64,000 nt of DNA, taken from the NCBI GenBank assembly GCA_963666735.1, contig OY762926.1, forward strand, positions 3,872,001-3,936,000, read 5' to 3'. The notes below the pieces were generated by a model. It was not told where the DNA came from, searched no databases, and saw nothing but the letters and a program-made list of their open reading frames with translations. Below, piece after piece: positions 26,584 to 36,247 of this stretch. Positions within the stretch are counted from its first letter, which is position 1, and each line of letters opens with the position of its first letter. The DNA is from Gemmatimonadota bacterium (GTDB lineage: Bacteria > Gemmatimonadota > Gemmatimonadetes > Palauibacterales > Palauibacteraceae). The position numbers and the translations under genes were made by a program.

Positions 26584-27795
26584 ATGATGGGAACGGCGAG
26601 AACACCGGGACCACCGGGAACGGGAAGGGCGGCGTCCACCGACGCCGTGCACGCGGGCGAGCAGGAGCCGAGGCCCGAGGGGGCTGTCGTCACGCCGATC
26701 TACCAGACGGCGAACTACGAGCTTCGCGGCGAAGACTACCACGACATCGGGTACATCCGGCTCAGCACGACGCCGAACCATCGCGTGCTGGGGGAGCGCA
26801 TCGCGGCGCTGGAGGGGACGGAGGCGGCGCTCGCCCTCGCGAGCGGGATGGCGGCGATCTCGGGGTCGCTGCTCACGGTGCTCTCTTCCGGGGACCACGT
26901 GCTCGTGCAGGACACGCTGTACGGCGGCACGGCCAGCCTGCTGCAGCAGGACCTGCCGCGCTTCGGGATCGGGCACACCGTGATCGACCCGCAGGATCCG
27001 TCGGGCTGGGCCGCCTCGCTGACGCCGACGACGCGGGCGATGTACGTGGAGACGCTGACGAATCCGCTCGTGCAGGTGGCGGATCTCGAGGCCGTGGTGG
27101 CGTTCGCGCGCGAGCACGGACTCGTGACGATGATCGACAACACGTTCGCGAGCCCGATCAACTTCCGGCCGGCCGAGATCGGCTTCGACCTCGTCCTCGA
27201 GAGTTGCACGAAATACATGAACGGGCACAGCGACATCGTGGCGGGGAGCGTGGCCGGGCCGGCCGACCTGGTGCGCCGCGTGAAGGTGATGCAGGACCAT
27301 CTCGGCGGCTCTCTCGACCCGCATGCGGCGTTCCTGCTCGAGCGCGGGCTGAAGACGCTGAGCGTGCGCGTCCGCGAGCAGAACGCGTCGGCCGGACGGC
27401 TCGCCGCGCGCCTCGAAGCCCACCCCGCCGTTTCGGTCGTGCACTACCCGGGGCTGGAGAGCCACGCCCAGCACGAGCGCGCCGCCCGTCTGTTCGATGG
27501 CTTCGGCGGGATGATGTCGTTCGAACTCGAGGGCGGAACCGACGCGGCCGAGGCCTTCATGTCCGCGCTGGAGATCCCGATGGTCGCGGCCAGTCTCGGG
27601 GGCCCGGAGTCGCTCGTCGTGCGGCCCGCCGCCGCCGTCCACGCGGGCATGTCCGCCGAGGAGCGGGCCAAGGCGGGCATCAGGGACGCCCTCATCCGCT
27701 TCTCCACCGGACTGGAGGCGACGGAGGATCTCGCGGCCGACCTCGACCGGGCGTTGGCGAGCCTGCCGCGGGCGGTCGCGGGCCTCACCGCGTGA
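26584..27795 (+). CDS. Cys/Met metabolism PLP enzyme (cystathionine gamma-lyase/synthase or Met gamma-lyase family)
   Basis: PIYQT, SGMAAI, YGGT, DNTF, SCTKYMNGHSD, SLGG. Confidence 0.92.
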   Translation: MMGTARTPGPPGTGRAASTDAVHAGEQEPRPEGAVVTPIYQTANYELRGEDYHDIGYIRLSTTPNHRVLGERIAALEGTEAALALASGMAAISGSLLTVLSSGDHVLVQDTLYGGTASLLQQDLPRFGIGHTVIDPQDPSGWAASLTPTTRAMYVETLTNPLVQVADLEAVVAFAREHGLVTMIDNTFASPINFRPAEIGFDLVLESCTKYMNGHSDIVAGSVAGPADLVRRVKVMQDHLGGSLDPHAAFLLERGLKTLSVRVREQNASAGRLAARLEAHPAVSVVHYPGLESHAQHERAARLFDGFGGMMSFELEGGTDAAEAFMSALEIPMVAASLGGPESLVVRPAAAVHAGMSAEERAKAGIRDALIRFSTGLEATEDLAADLDRALASLPRAVAGLTA

Positions 27796-28742
27796 AGCCC
27801 CCGGGGCTGCCGGAGATGGAGGCGGCACGGGAACGGGTCTACGCGGCGGCCCTCCGCTCGCCGCTCCTCCGCCTCGGCGTCGACGAGGGGCCCGAGATCT
27901 GGCTCAAGCTCGAAAACCTGCAGCCGATCGGATCGTTCAAGATCCGGGGATCCGCGAACGCCATCGGCCTCATTCCGCCCGAGGAGCTGGTGGCGGGCGT
28001 ATGGACGGCGAGCGCGGGGAACATGGCGCAGGGCGTCGGCTGGAACGCGCGCCGTCTCGGCGTCCCGTGCTCGGTCGTCGTCCCGGAGACGGCGCCGCGG
28101 CTCAAGCTGGACGCGATCGCCCGCCTCGGCGCGACGGCTGTCAAGACCTCCGTCGCCTCCTGGTTCGAGGTGTTCCGCACGCAGCGCTTCGATGGAATGA
28201 GCGGGCGGTTCGTCCATGCCTTCATGGACCGTGACGTGATGGCGGGGAACGGAACCATCGCGCTCGAACTGGTCGAGGATCTCCCCGCTGTGGACGCCGT
28301 CGTCGTCCCCTTCGGAGGAGGCGGCCTCGCATGCGGGATCGCGGCCGGCATGCGGGCCGTCGCGCCGCACGTTCCCGTCTTCGCGTCCGAGGTCACGGGT
28401 CAGGCGCCGTTCGCGGAGTCGCTGCGCGCGGGCCGGGCCGTCTCGATCTCCTATACACCCTCGTTCGTCGATGGAATCGGAGGACCGCACGTCGAGCCGG
28501 ACATGTGGGATTTGGCGCGGGATCTCCTCGCCGGCTCCGTCGAGATCACGCTCGAGGACACCGCGGCGGCGGTTCGCCTGCTCGCGACCCGCAACCGCGT
28601 GGTCGCCGAGGGGGCCGGCGCCTCCTCCGTCGCGGCCGCCCTTTCGGGCGCGGTAAAGGGGGACAGGATCGTCTGCATCGTGTCCGGGGGGAATCTGGAT
28701 CCGTCCAGCCTCGCCACCATCCTCGCGGGCGGCGTGCCATGA
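27792..28742 (+). CDS. Threonine/serine dehydratase family PLP enzyme
   Basis: KLENLQPIGSFKIRG, SAGN, PFGGGGL, SGGN; GTGA overlap. Confidence 0.9.
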   Translation: MKPPGLPEMEAARERVYAAALRSPLLRLGVDEGPEIWLKLENLQPIGSFKIRGSANAIGLIPPEELVAGVWTASAGNMAQGVGWNARRLGVPCSVVVPETAPRLKLDAIARLGATAVKTSVASWFEVFRTQRFDGMSGRFVHAFMDRDVMAGNGTIALELVEDLPAVDAVVVPFGGGGLACGIAAGMRAVAPHVPVFASEVTGQAPFAESLRAGRAVSISYTPSFVDGIGGPHVEPDMWDLARDLLAGSVEITLEDTAAAVRLLATRNRVVAEGAGASSVAAALSGAVKGDRIVCIVSGGNLDPSSLATILAGGVP

Positions 28743-29377
28743 GCGACATGACCGACCCGCCCGTCCCCCGCGAATCTCCCGCCCCCGCTCCTCCTGCGAC
28801 GCTCACGGCCTCACAGGTCTCGCAGATCCTGAAGCGGGCGGCCGAGATCGACGCGCGCGGCGATTCGATGACCGTGGAAGAGCTGGAGCGCATCGCCGGC
28901 GAGGCGGGGATCGACCCGCGCGCCACACGGACGGCGATCGCGGAACTGGTCGCGGAGGAGACGCCGGTTCCGGCCCCGCCACCTCCGGCGGTCCCCGCGA
29001 CGCGCGCCGGAAACCCGGCCTCCCCCTCTCCCGGACGCATCATCGCGGGCGGGGCGGTCGGCGCGGTCTTCGGGTTCCTCTTCGCGAGTTCACTCGGGGG
29101 CGCCATCACGGGGGCCGGCGCCACGGTGATCTACCTCATACTGCGTGCCGTGCAGGCCATGAAGCGCGGCAGCCAGCTCGACTTCCAGCTCCAGAACTTC
29201 ACCTTGTGGTTCGTGTCGACACTGATCATCTCGGCCGCGGGCGGGCTCGAGGAGTTCCTGTTCACCCTGCTCTGCTGGATCCTCACGTCGGTCATCGGCG
29301 GACTCCTCGTCCGCTTCGGCCCCCGGGAGGAGGAGCCGGAGGAAGGGATCCCACAACTCGAATCCGGAGGCCGCTGA
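28739..29377 (+). CDS. Hypothetical 4-TM membrane protein, tandem copy 1
   Basis: N-terminal helical domain ILKRAAEID...EELERIAGEAGID, Pro-rich linker, 4 TM; paralogue adjacent. Confidence 0.8.
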   Translation: MSDMTDPPVPRESPAPAPPATLTASQVSQILKRAAEIDARGDSMTVEELERIAGEAGIDPRATRTAIAELVAEETPVPAPPPPAVPATRAGNPASPSPGRIIAGGAVGAVFGFLFASSLGGAITGAGATVIYLILRAVQAMKRGSQLDFQLQNFTLWFVSTLIISAAGGLEEFLFTLLCWILTSVIGGLLVRFGPREEEPEEGIPQLESGGR

Positions 29378-29380
29378 CGC

Positions 29381-30010
29381 ATGACCGACCCGCCGCTGAA
29401 GCTCACCACGTCGCAGGTTTCCCTCATTCTCCAGCGCGCGGCCGAGATCGACGCGCGGGGGGACACCCTGAGCGTCGAGGAGTTGGAGCGCATCGCCGCC
29501 GAGGCGGGCATCGACGTCCGGGCGACGCGGACGGCGATCGCGGAATTCATCGCCGAGGAGATGCCCGTCCCCGCTGCCGAACCCGATGTTCCGGCGGTCC
29601 CCCGGGCTCCGGAAGTGCCGCGGACGCGCACCCGCAAGTCGAGTTCGCCTTCTCCCCTGCGCATTCTCTCCGGCGGCGGCGTCGGGGTCGCGTTCGGGTT
29701 CCTCCAGGCGCTCTTCGAGTCGGCCGCCTTCCTGGGGTTCGGCGGCGCCGTGCTCTACCTCGTGCTGCGCGCGGTGCAGAGCATGAAGCGCGGAGACCAG
29801 CTCGACTTCCAGCTCCAGAACTTCGCCCTCTGGCTCGGCACTCTGATGAGCACCCTCGCCACGGATGTCCTCGAGGGGGACGAGGTCACCGCGATCATCC
29901 TCTTCGTCTGGCTGGTCACGTCGTTCCTGGGCGGACTGCTCGTCCGCTTCGGCCCTCGGGAGGAGGAGACGGAGGAAGAAGTCCCACAGCTCGAATCCGG
30001 AGGCCGCTGA
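29381..30010 (+). CDS. Hypothetical 4-TM membrane protein, tandem copy 2
   Basis: Shares RAAEIDARGD, QLDFQLQNF, GGLLVRFGPREEE and PQLESGGR with copy 1. Confidence 0.8.
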   Translation: MTDPPLKLTTSQVSLILQRAAEIDARGDTLSVEELERIAAEAGIDVRATRTAIAEFIAEEMPVPAAEPDVPAVPRAPEVPRTRTRKSSSPSPLRILSGGGVGVAFGFLQALFESAAFLGFGGAVLYLVLRAVQSMKRGDQLDFQLQNFALWLGTLMSTLATDVLEGDEVTAIILFVWLVTSFLGGLLVRFGPREEETEEEVPQLESGGR

Positions 30011-30055
30011 CGCAGGGCGGTTTCGCCCAGCCCCGCATCGCCTTCGCAACTCCAG

Positions 30056-30093
30056 TTGACATCTGCATGCACTACGCTATCGTTATGATATCA
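30056..30093 (+). promoter_or_regulatory. Sigma70-type promoter with palindromic operators for the TA operon
   Basis: TTGACA(30056)-N16-TATCGT; palindromes TGCATGCA (30064-30071) and TGATATCA (30086-30093). Confidence 0.65.
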
Positions 30094-30120
30094 GGGATCG
30101 AACTTGGAGCGTATCGGAGC

Positions 30121-30356
30121 ATGGGAAACCTGACCGTAAGGAATCTGGACGACAGCGTCATCGCGCGGCTGAAGGCACAGGCGAGGGAAAACGAACGCTC
30201 GCTCGAGGGGGAGATCCGGCATGTGCTAAGAAGGGAAGCGTCGAAGCCTCGGCGCGCGGCCGAGTCTTCGCGCGAGCCGATGAGTTGGCGGCGACGACGG
30301 TTGGCACGCGGCAGACGGACAGTGCGGCCCTGGTCAGGGAGGATCGGGCTCGGTGA
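30121..30356 (+). pseudogene. FitA-like RHH antitoxin, frameshifted near 30265
   Basis: MGNLTVRNLDDSVIARLKAQARENERSLEGEIRHVL in one frame; FARADELAATTVGTRQTDSAALVREDRAR* in another, ending in a GTGA overlap with the toxin. Confidence 0.75.
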
Positions 30357-31183
30357 GAGTCACGGTGGACGCGAGCGTCGCCGTGAAATGGTTTGTCGAG
30401 GAGGAAGGGCGCGGTCAAGCCCTCACGTTGACAGCCCCCCGACTCGAAAGGCACGCCCCGGATCTCATGCTGCCCGAGTGCGCCAACGTGATCTGGAAGA
30501 AGCAGCGCCGCGGCGAGATTACTTCGGCGGAGCCGTTCATCGACCAAATCGCGCAGCTGTCGGAAGTCATGACCCTTCACCCCGGTGCAGCACTGGTGCG
30601 CGAAGCGGTAGGGATCGCTCTGGAAGCCGAGCACCCGGTGTACGACTGCTTCTACATTGCGTGCGCGAAGCTTACGGACTCGGTCCTGGTGACCGCGGAT
30701 CGTCGACTGGCAGAGATCGGATCGCGGTCGCCCCACCCGGTGACCGCCGTCACCCTCGAGGACGGGGAAGCGATCGGCCGGATCGAAGCGGCTGGCGTTC
30801 GGTTCGTCATCAGCCCGGCGAAGGTGGAGGCATTGATCGAAGCGTGGGATCGCTTCATGGCCACATGGGACAGTGTCCTGAGGGACACGTTCTCGTCGGC
30901 ATCAACAGAAAGAGTGCGGATCATCAGCCACGAACACCGAGATCTTGCAAAGAGCCTTGTGCAGACGTCCCCCACCTACCGGCGGTTGATTGAGATGGTT
31001 CAGAATCTGGATCAAGACGAACGCGTGGATCTGCTCGTGCTTGCGTGGACCGGAGGGGGCGAGGCGACGACACGCCGGCATCTCCTTGATCGCGCGCTCC
31101 GCACGGTCGACGAGTTGGACGTCATCGATATCGCGCATCTGGGTGTGGACTGGCGCGAAGGTCGCGCGCATCTGGCCGAGTAG
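30353..31183 (+). CDS. vapC: PIN (VapC/FitB-like) toxin with extra C-terminal domain (DUF3775-like)
   Basis: VDASVAVKW, PECANVIWKK, VYDCFYIA, LVTADRRL; about 130 extra aa with NLDQDERVDLLVLAWTGGG. Confidence 0.8.
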   Translation: MRVTVDASVAVKWFVEEEGRGQALTLTAPRLERHAPDLMLPECANVIWKKQRRGEITSAEPFIDQIAQLSEVMTLHPGAALVREAVGIALEAEHPVYDCFYIACAKLTDSVLVTADRRLAEIGSRSPHPVTAVTLEDGEAIGRIEAAGVRFVISPAKVEALIEAWDRFMATWDSVLRDTFSSASTERVRIISHEHRDLAKSLVQTSPTYRRLIEMVQNLDQDERVDLLVLAWTGGGEATTRRHLLDRALRTVDELDVIDIAHLGVDWREGRAHLAE

Positions 31184-31343
31184 GAACCATCCCAAACGGC
31201 CGAGACGCCGCAGGAGGTGCAGGCGGCCGAACCGACCGGCATCTATTGCTACAACGGCCATATCCTGGAGAGCTTCCTCGCGACCCGGCTCGTGGTGGAT
31301 CCGGGGACAGGTTACTTCGGCATGACGCGGGAGGAGGGGAGTG

Positions 31344-34106
31344 ATGACGGCTCGGACGACACTCATTGCGGTGCTGGCGCTCGGCACCGGCGCCATGGAG
31401 GCCGGGGCGCAGACGCCGGGTTCGATCCCGACGCCGGAGTCGGTGCTGGGGCACGTCGTGGGGGCGGACTTCCACCTCGCGACCTACGAGACCTCGATCG
31501 AATACTTCCAGGCGCTGGACGCCGCGACGGACCGCCTCGAATTGCGCGAAGTGGGGCGTTCGTCGTTCGGCCGGCCGGTGTACCTCGCGCTGATCTCGAG
31601 CGCGGAGAACCTCGCCAACCTCGACCGCCACCGGGAAATCGCGCAGCGGCTCGCGCATCCCCGCGGACTGACCGACGAGGAAGCGCGGCAGCTCGCGGCG
31701 GAAGGGAGGGCCCTGGTCTGGATCGACGGAGGCCTGCACGCGTCGGAGGTGGCGCACGCGCAGCACACGATTCAGCTCGCCTACGACCTGGTGACGGGGG
31801 ATGTGGACCCGGAGACCGCGGCGATCCTCGACAACGTCATCCTCCTCCTCTGGCCCTCGATCAATCCCGACGGGCAGACGCTCATCGCGGACTGGTACGA
31901 CTCGAACGTGGGCACGCCGTACGAGGTCGCGCCCGCGCCCTTCCTCTACCAGAAGTACATCGGGCACGACAACAACCGGGACGGCTACATGATCAACCAG
32001 ATCGAGTCCCGGTACACGACCCGCGTGGCGCGCGAGTGGGAACCCCACATCCTCTACAACCACCACCAGAGTTCGCCCTTCCCGACGCGGATCTGGATTC
32101 CGCCCTTCGCCGAGCCGATCTCGCCGCACGTGCACCCGCTCATGTGGCGCATGGTGAACCTGATCGGGATGGCGATGTCGCAGGCGCTCGAGGAGCGGGG
32201 GCAGCGGGGCGCGACGCACATGGGCACCGGGTTCGACAACTGGTATCCGGGGTTCATGGATCACGCGCACAACTTCCACAACGTCGTGTCGTTTCTCACC
32301 GAGACGGCGCTCTACCGGTACGCGACGCCGGGCTTCTACACGATCGGCGACTTCCCGCCCTCGGACCGGGATCTGCGCCCGGAGTCGCTCTACTCCAGTC
32401 CGTGGGAAGGCGGCTGGTGGCGGCTGAGGGACGCCGTCGACTACATGCTCACCGCGTCGATCTCGGTGCTCGATGTCGCGGCGAAGTACCGGACGGACCT
32501 CCTCTACAACCGCTACCAGGCGGGCCGCGACATCATCGCCCAGTACGAGGAGGGTCCGCCGTACGCCTACTTCGTGCCGCAGGACCAGCGGGACCCCGTC
32601 GCGGCCGTGGAGCTGCTGCGCCGGCTCGCCTTCAACGGAATCGAGATCGACCGCCTCGCGCGGGCGGCGAGCCACGAGGGACTGGACCATCCGGCGGGCA
32701 CGTGGGTCATCCGCATGGACCAGGAGTTCGCCAACTTCGTGCGCCAGTTGTTCGTCCTCCAGGACTATCCCGATCTGCGGGAATACCCGGAGGGACCGCC
32801 CGATCAGCCCTACGACGTCTCCGGGTGGACGCTGCCCCTGCAGATGGGGGTGCGGGTGATCGAGGCGACGTCCCCGATCGCGTCGGACGTCCGTGACGCG
32901 CTGGAGCCGCTCTCGGGCGAGGCGCTCGCGTGGGATGCGGAGGTGGAGGATGCCTCGCCGTTCGATTCGCCCTTCGGCGTCGGGTTCGACTCGCACCCGG
33001 TGGCGACGGCGATCGTGCCGCCTCCCGGGCGGGTCACGGGCGGCGGATCGGAACTCGTCGTGGACCCGGCCCAGAACAACGCCTTCAAGGCGGTGAACCG
33101 GGCGTGGGCGGCGGGCGCGCGCGTCTCGTGGGCACCGGGGTCGCCGGGCGCGGATGGCGAACCGGGGACCGGCGGCCGGTACGCGATCTCGGGGTTGCCG
33201 GGCGAGACCCAACTCGTCCGCGACCTGGGGCTGCAGGCGACCCGCGGCGCGGGTAACGTGAACCTGCGCGCGCCGAGGATCGGCCTCTACCGCCCCTGGA
33301 ACGCCAGCATGGACGAGGGCTGGACGCGCTGGGCGCTGGAGCGGTACGGGTTCCGCTTCGCCAGCCTCCGCAACGCGGACGTGCTCGCCGGCGACCTGGC
33401 CGGCCGTTACGACGTGATCCTGCTTGCGGACATCTCGCGCGGCCAGATCCTGAACGGCTTCGCGAAGGGTTCCGTGCCGCCGCGCTACGAGGGCGGGCTC
33501 GGGCCGGAAGGCGTGCGCCGGCTCGACGCCTTCGTGAGGGCCGGCGGCACGCTCGTCACCCTGAACCGCAGTTCGCTGTTCGTGATCGAGGAACTACACC
33601 TGCCGGTGCGCAACGTCGTCGCGGGGCTCAGCCGCGCGGACTACTTCCAGAGCGGTTCGATCGTGGAGATGATCGTCGATCCCTCGCATCCGGTGATGGC
33701 GGGGATGCCGGAGCGGGCGGCGGTCGTCGTCGGGCAGAGCCCGGTGTTCACGACCGAGGAAGGGTTCGAGGGACGCGTGATGGCGAAGTACGCGGAGGAG
33801 GGGTCGCCGCTCCTGTCCGGATACCTGCTGGGAGCGGAACACCTCGCGGGTTACGCCGCGGCGGTCGAAGTGGCGCACGGAGAGGGACGGGTCGTGCTGC
33901 TGGGCATGCGGCCGCAGTGGCGCGGACAGCCGTTCGGGAACTTCCGCATCCTCTTCAACGCCGCGCTCTACGGCCGTGAACTCGCCGCCGCCGCACCGGA
34001 GTCGCCCGAGTTCTGGACGGCCCCTGACGAGGAGGACGACGGGAGCGATGGGAGCGATGGGAGCGGGGGCAGCGGCGGGAGCGGGCCCGGGGGCGACGGA
34101 TCATAG
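31344..34106 (+). CDS. Secreted M14 zinc carboxypeptidase with C-terminal GATase-like domain
   Basis: Signal peptide; GLHASE (HxxE), NPDG, HDNNRD, YNHHQ; C-terminal SMDEGWTRW...GGTLV. Confidence 0.9.
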   Translation: MTARTTLIAVLALGTGAMEAGAQTPGSIPTPESVLGHVVGADFHLATYETSIEYFQALDAATDRLELREVGRSSFGRPVYLALISSAENLANLDRHREIAQRLAHPRGLTDEEARQLAAEGRALVWIDGGLHASEVAHAQHTIQLAYDLVTGDVDPETAAILDNVILLLWPSINPDGQTLIADWYDSNVGTPYEVAPAPFLYQKYIGHDNNRDGYMINQIESRYTTRVAREWEPHILYNHHQSSPFPTRIWIPPFAEPISPHVHPLMWRMVNLIGMAMSQALEERGQRGATHMGTGFDNWYPGFMDHAHNFHNVVSFLTETALYRYATPGFYTIGDFPPSDRDLRPESLYSSPWEGGWWRLRDAVDYMLTASISVLDVAAKYRTDLLYNRYQAGRDIIAQYEEGPPYAYFVPQDQRDPVAAVELLRRLAFNGIEIDRLARAASHEGLDHPAGTWVIRMDQEFANFVRQLFVLQDYPDLREYPEGPPDQPYDVSGWTLPLQMGVRVIEATSPIASDVRDALEPLSGEALAWDAEVEDASPFDSPFGVGFDSHPVATAIVPPPGRVTGGGSELVVDPAQNNAFKAVNRAWAAGARVSWAPGSPGADGEPGTGGRYAISGLPGETQLVRDLGLQATRGAGNVNLRAPRIGLYRPWNASMDEGWTRWALERYGFRFASLRNADVLAGDLAGRYDVILLADISRGQILNGFAKGSVPPRYEGGLGPEGVRRLDAFVRAGGTLVTLNRSSLFVIEELHLPVRNVVAGLSRADYFQSGSIVEMIVDPSHPVMAGMPERAAVVVGQSPVFTTEEGFEGRVMAKYAEEGSPLLSGYLLGAEHLAGYAAAVEVAHGEGRVVLLGMRPQWRGQPFGNFRILFNAALYGRELAAAAPESPEFWTAPDEEDDGSDGSDGSGGSGGSGPGGDGS

Positions 34107-34141
34107 CGCTGCGGCGATCGCGCCCCGGCTGGACGGGCTGG

Positions 34142-34981
34142 ATGCTCCTTCTTCTCCTCGCGACCGCGGCCCTGCTCGCCGCGTGGGCGTTCTGGTGGGA
34201 GCCCGGCCGACTGGTCCTCAACCGGACCGACCTTGAGGTGCCGGGGTGGCCCGAGGGGGAGGAAACCCGCATCGCGCTCATCGCGGACCTGCACGTGGGG
34301 TCGCCCCGGAACGGCCGGGACAACCTGCGCCGCGTCGTGCGGCGGGTGAACGAGACGCTGCCGGATCTCGTTTTCATCGCCGGCGATCTGACGATCGACA
34401 ACGTCATGGGCGGCCGATTCGTGCCGCCGGAGGAGATCGCCGAGGACCTCGCCGCTCTCGACGCTCGCCACGGCGTGTTCGCGGTGCTCGGCAACCACGA
34501 CCGCTGGCTGTCGGCCGAGCGCGTGGAGGAGGCGCTCTCCGGCGTCGGGATCACCGTCCTCGACAACCGGGGCCGGCGGGCGCGCGTGCGGGGCAACGAC
34601 GTCTGGATCGCGGGCGTGGCGGACTTCTGGACGGGCCATCCGTCGGTCGAGGATGCGCTCGATGGGGCCCGTTCCGGGGAGCCCGTGATCATCCTCACGC
34701 ACAACCCGGACATCTTTCCCGAGGTGCCGGCGCGGGCCTCGCTGACGCTGGCCGGGCACACGCACGGCGGACAGGTCGTCATCCCGTTCGTGGGGCCGGG
34801 GATCACCCCCTCCCGTTTCGGGGACCGATACGCGGCGGGTCACGTGGTGGAGGACGGACGACACCTCTTCGTGACGACCGGCGTGGGGACGAGCCGGCTC
34901 GGCGTGCGCTTCCTCGTGCCGCCCGAAATCGTCGCGCTCCGGCTTACGCGCTGCGAATCCTGCGAGTCGCCGCCGGAGTGA
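34142..34981 (+). CDS. Metallophosphoesterase (YkuE/YaeI-like)
   Basis: ADLH, AGDL, LGNHD, THNPD, AGHTHGGQ. Confidence 0.92.
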   Translation: MLLLLLATAALLAAWAFWWEPGRLVLNRTDLEVPGWPEGEETRIALIADLHVGSPRNGRDNLRRVVRRVNETLPDLVFIAGDLTIDNVMGGRFVPPEEIAEDLAALDARHGVFAVLGNHDRWLSAERVEEALSGVGITVLDNRGRRARVRGNDVWIAGVADFWTGHPSVEDALDGARSGEPVIILTHNPDIFPEVPARASLTLAGHTHGGQVVIPFVGPGITPSRFGDRYAAGHVVEDGRHLFVTTGVGTSRLGVRFLVPPEIVALRLTRCESCESPPE

Positions 34982-35073
34982 CTATCATCCCGCCCACGCG
35001 GGCCCTTGCGGCACGGGCTGCCGGCCCGCGGTTGGAACCTCGAACCGGATCCGAAATCGGAGCGACACCGAAC

Positions 35074-35748
35074 ATGCCGCATCATTCGACATCGCGCGGG
35101 CGCAGCGGGCGCGTCGCCGGCGCCGCGTGGCGTCTGGCCATCGCAATCCTGGTCCTGCTACCGCTCGCCGCCTCCGCCCAGGAAGACAAGCTGCCGCCGC
35201 CCGAGGGCTGGCTCGCCCGCACGGATCACGGAGGCGACGGAGTGGAGGCCCTTCAGGAAATGCCGCCCGGCTGGCACGTCACCACGGGGCCGGCCGGCAT
35301 CTTCTACGATCCCGAGGCCCGGGCGGACGGCGACTTTCGCGTCGAGTCCACGGTCTTCCTGTTCGACCCCGAAGGCCGGAACGAAGGGTTCGGCGTCTTC
35401 ATCGGCGGCGTCGATCTCGAGGGAGACGGCCAGGCCTACACCTACCTCCTCATCCGGGCGGACGGGAGCGTGATCGTGAAGCGCCGGGATGGTGACGCGA
35501 CCTCCACGCTGCTCGACTGGACGAAGCACGAGGCGGTCGTCACCTGGGCGGCGCGGGGCGAGGGTGCGGCGACGGCGAAGAACGTGCTCTTCGTGGAGGC
35601 CGGGGGCGAAGAGGTGATCTTCGGCGTGAACGAGCGGGAAGTGTTCCGGACGGCGAGAACCGGGCAGCACGTCGACGGCGTCGTCGGGTTGAGGGTCAAC
35701 CACGGCCTCAACCTGCACTTTTCCTCGCTGGAGGTGACCGATGGCTGA
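35074..35748 (+). CDS. Secreted hypothetical protein (ConA-like beta-sandwich)
   Basis: Signal ending ASA-Q; beta-rich; HVTTGPA, EGFGVFIGG, GVVGLRVNH. Confidence 0.7.
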   Translation: MPHHSTSRGRSGRVAGAAWRLAIAILVLLPLAASAQEDKLPPPEGWLARTDHGGDGVEALQEMPPGWHVTTGPAGIFYDPEARADGDFRVESTVFLFDPEGRNEGFGVFIGGVDLEGDGQAYTYLLIRADGSVIVKRRDGDATSTLLDWTKHEAVVTWAARGEGAATAKNVLFVEAGGEEVIFGVNEREVFRTARTGQHVDGVVGLRVNHGLNLHFSSLEVTDG

Positions 35749-36211
35749 GTCCACCGCGGGGCCCGCCGGCTCCGGATCGGCGCGGCTCGAAGCGATCTGG
35801 CTCAAGTCGGCGCGGAAGGGCGCCATGGAGCCGGTACCGGGTGCCACCCTCGTCGCGGGGAAGGGTCTGGAGGGCAACGTCGACCGCGGCGGCTACCGGC
35901 AGGTGACTCTTCTCGACGCGGACGCGTGGGAGGCGGCGACGCGGGAGATCGGCGTCGATCTGGCTCCGGAGGCCCGCCGGGCCAACCTGCTCGTGCGGGG
36001 CGTCGACTTCTGCGAGACGGCGGACCGGGTGCTGCGGATCGCCGGCTGTCGCATCCGCATTCGCGGCGAGACGCTGCCCTGCGGGCGCATGGAGGACGCG
36101 GCGCCGGGGCTCAAGGCGGCGCTGGCGCCCGACTGGCGCGGCGGCGCGTACGGGATGGTGCTCGAGGGCGGCCCCCTCGCCCTCGGCGATGCGGTGGCCT
36201 GGGAATCCTGA
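35741..36211 (+). CDS. MOSC domain protein
   Basis: GKGLEGN, RQVTL, RRANLLVRG, ETLPC, WRGG. Confidence 0.88.
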   Translation: MAESTAGPAGSGSARLEAIWLKSARKGAMEPVPGATLVAGKGLEGNVDRGGYRQVTLLDADAWEAATREIGVDLAPEARRANLLVRGVDFCETADRVLRIAGCRIRIRGETLPCGRMEDAAPGLKAALAPDWRGGAYGMVLEGGPLALGDAVAWES

Positions 36212-36247
36212 CGCCCGGCCCGCGGGCGCCGGCGAGCGGGTGAACCC

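Noticed and set aside
28739..30014. Tandem paralogues as a DGR template/variable repeat pair
   Set aside because: Both copies are full ORFs, the differences include indels and are not adenine-specific, and there is no reverse transcriptase.
29206..30993. 595-aa ORF spanning the membrane paralogues and the TA module
   Set aside because: Mostly an off-frame shadow; only about 30121-30264 (antitoxin N-terminus) is credible coding sequence.
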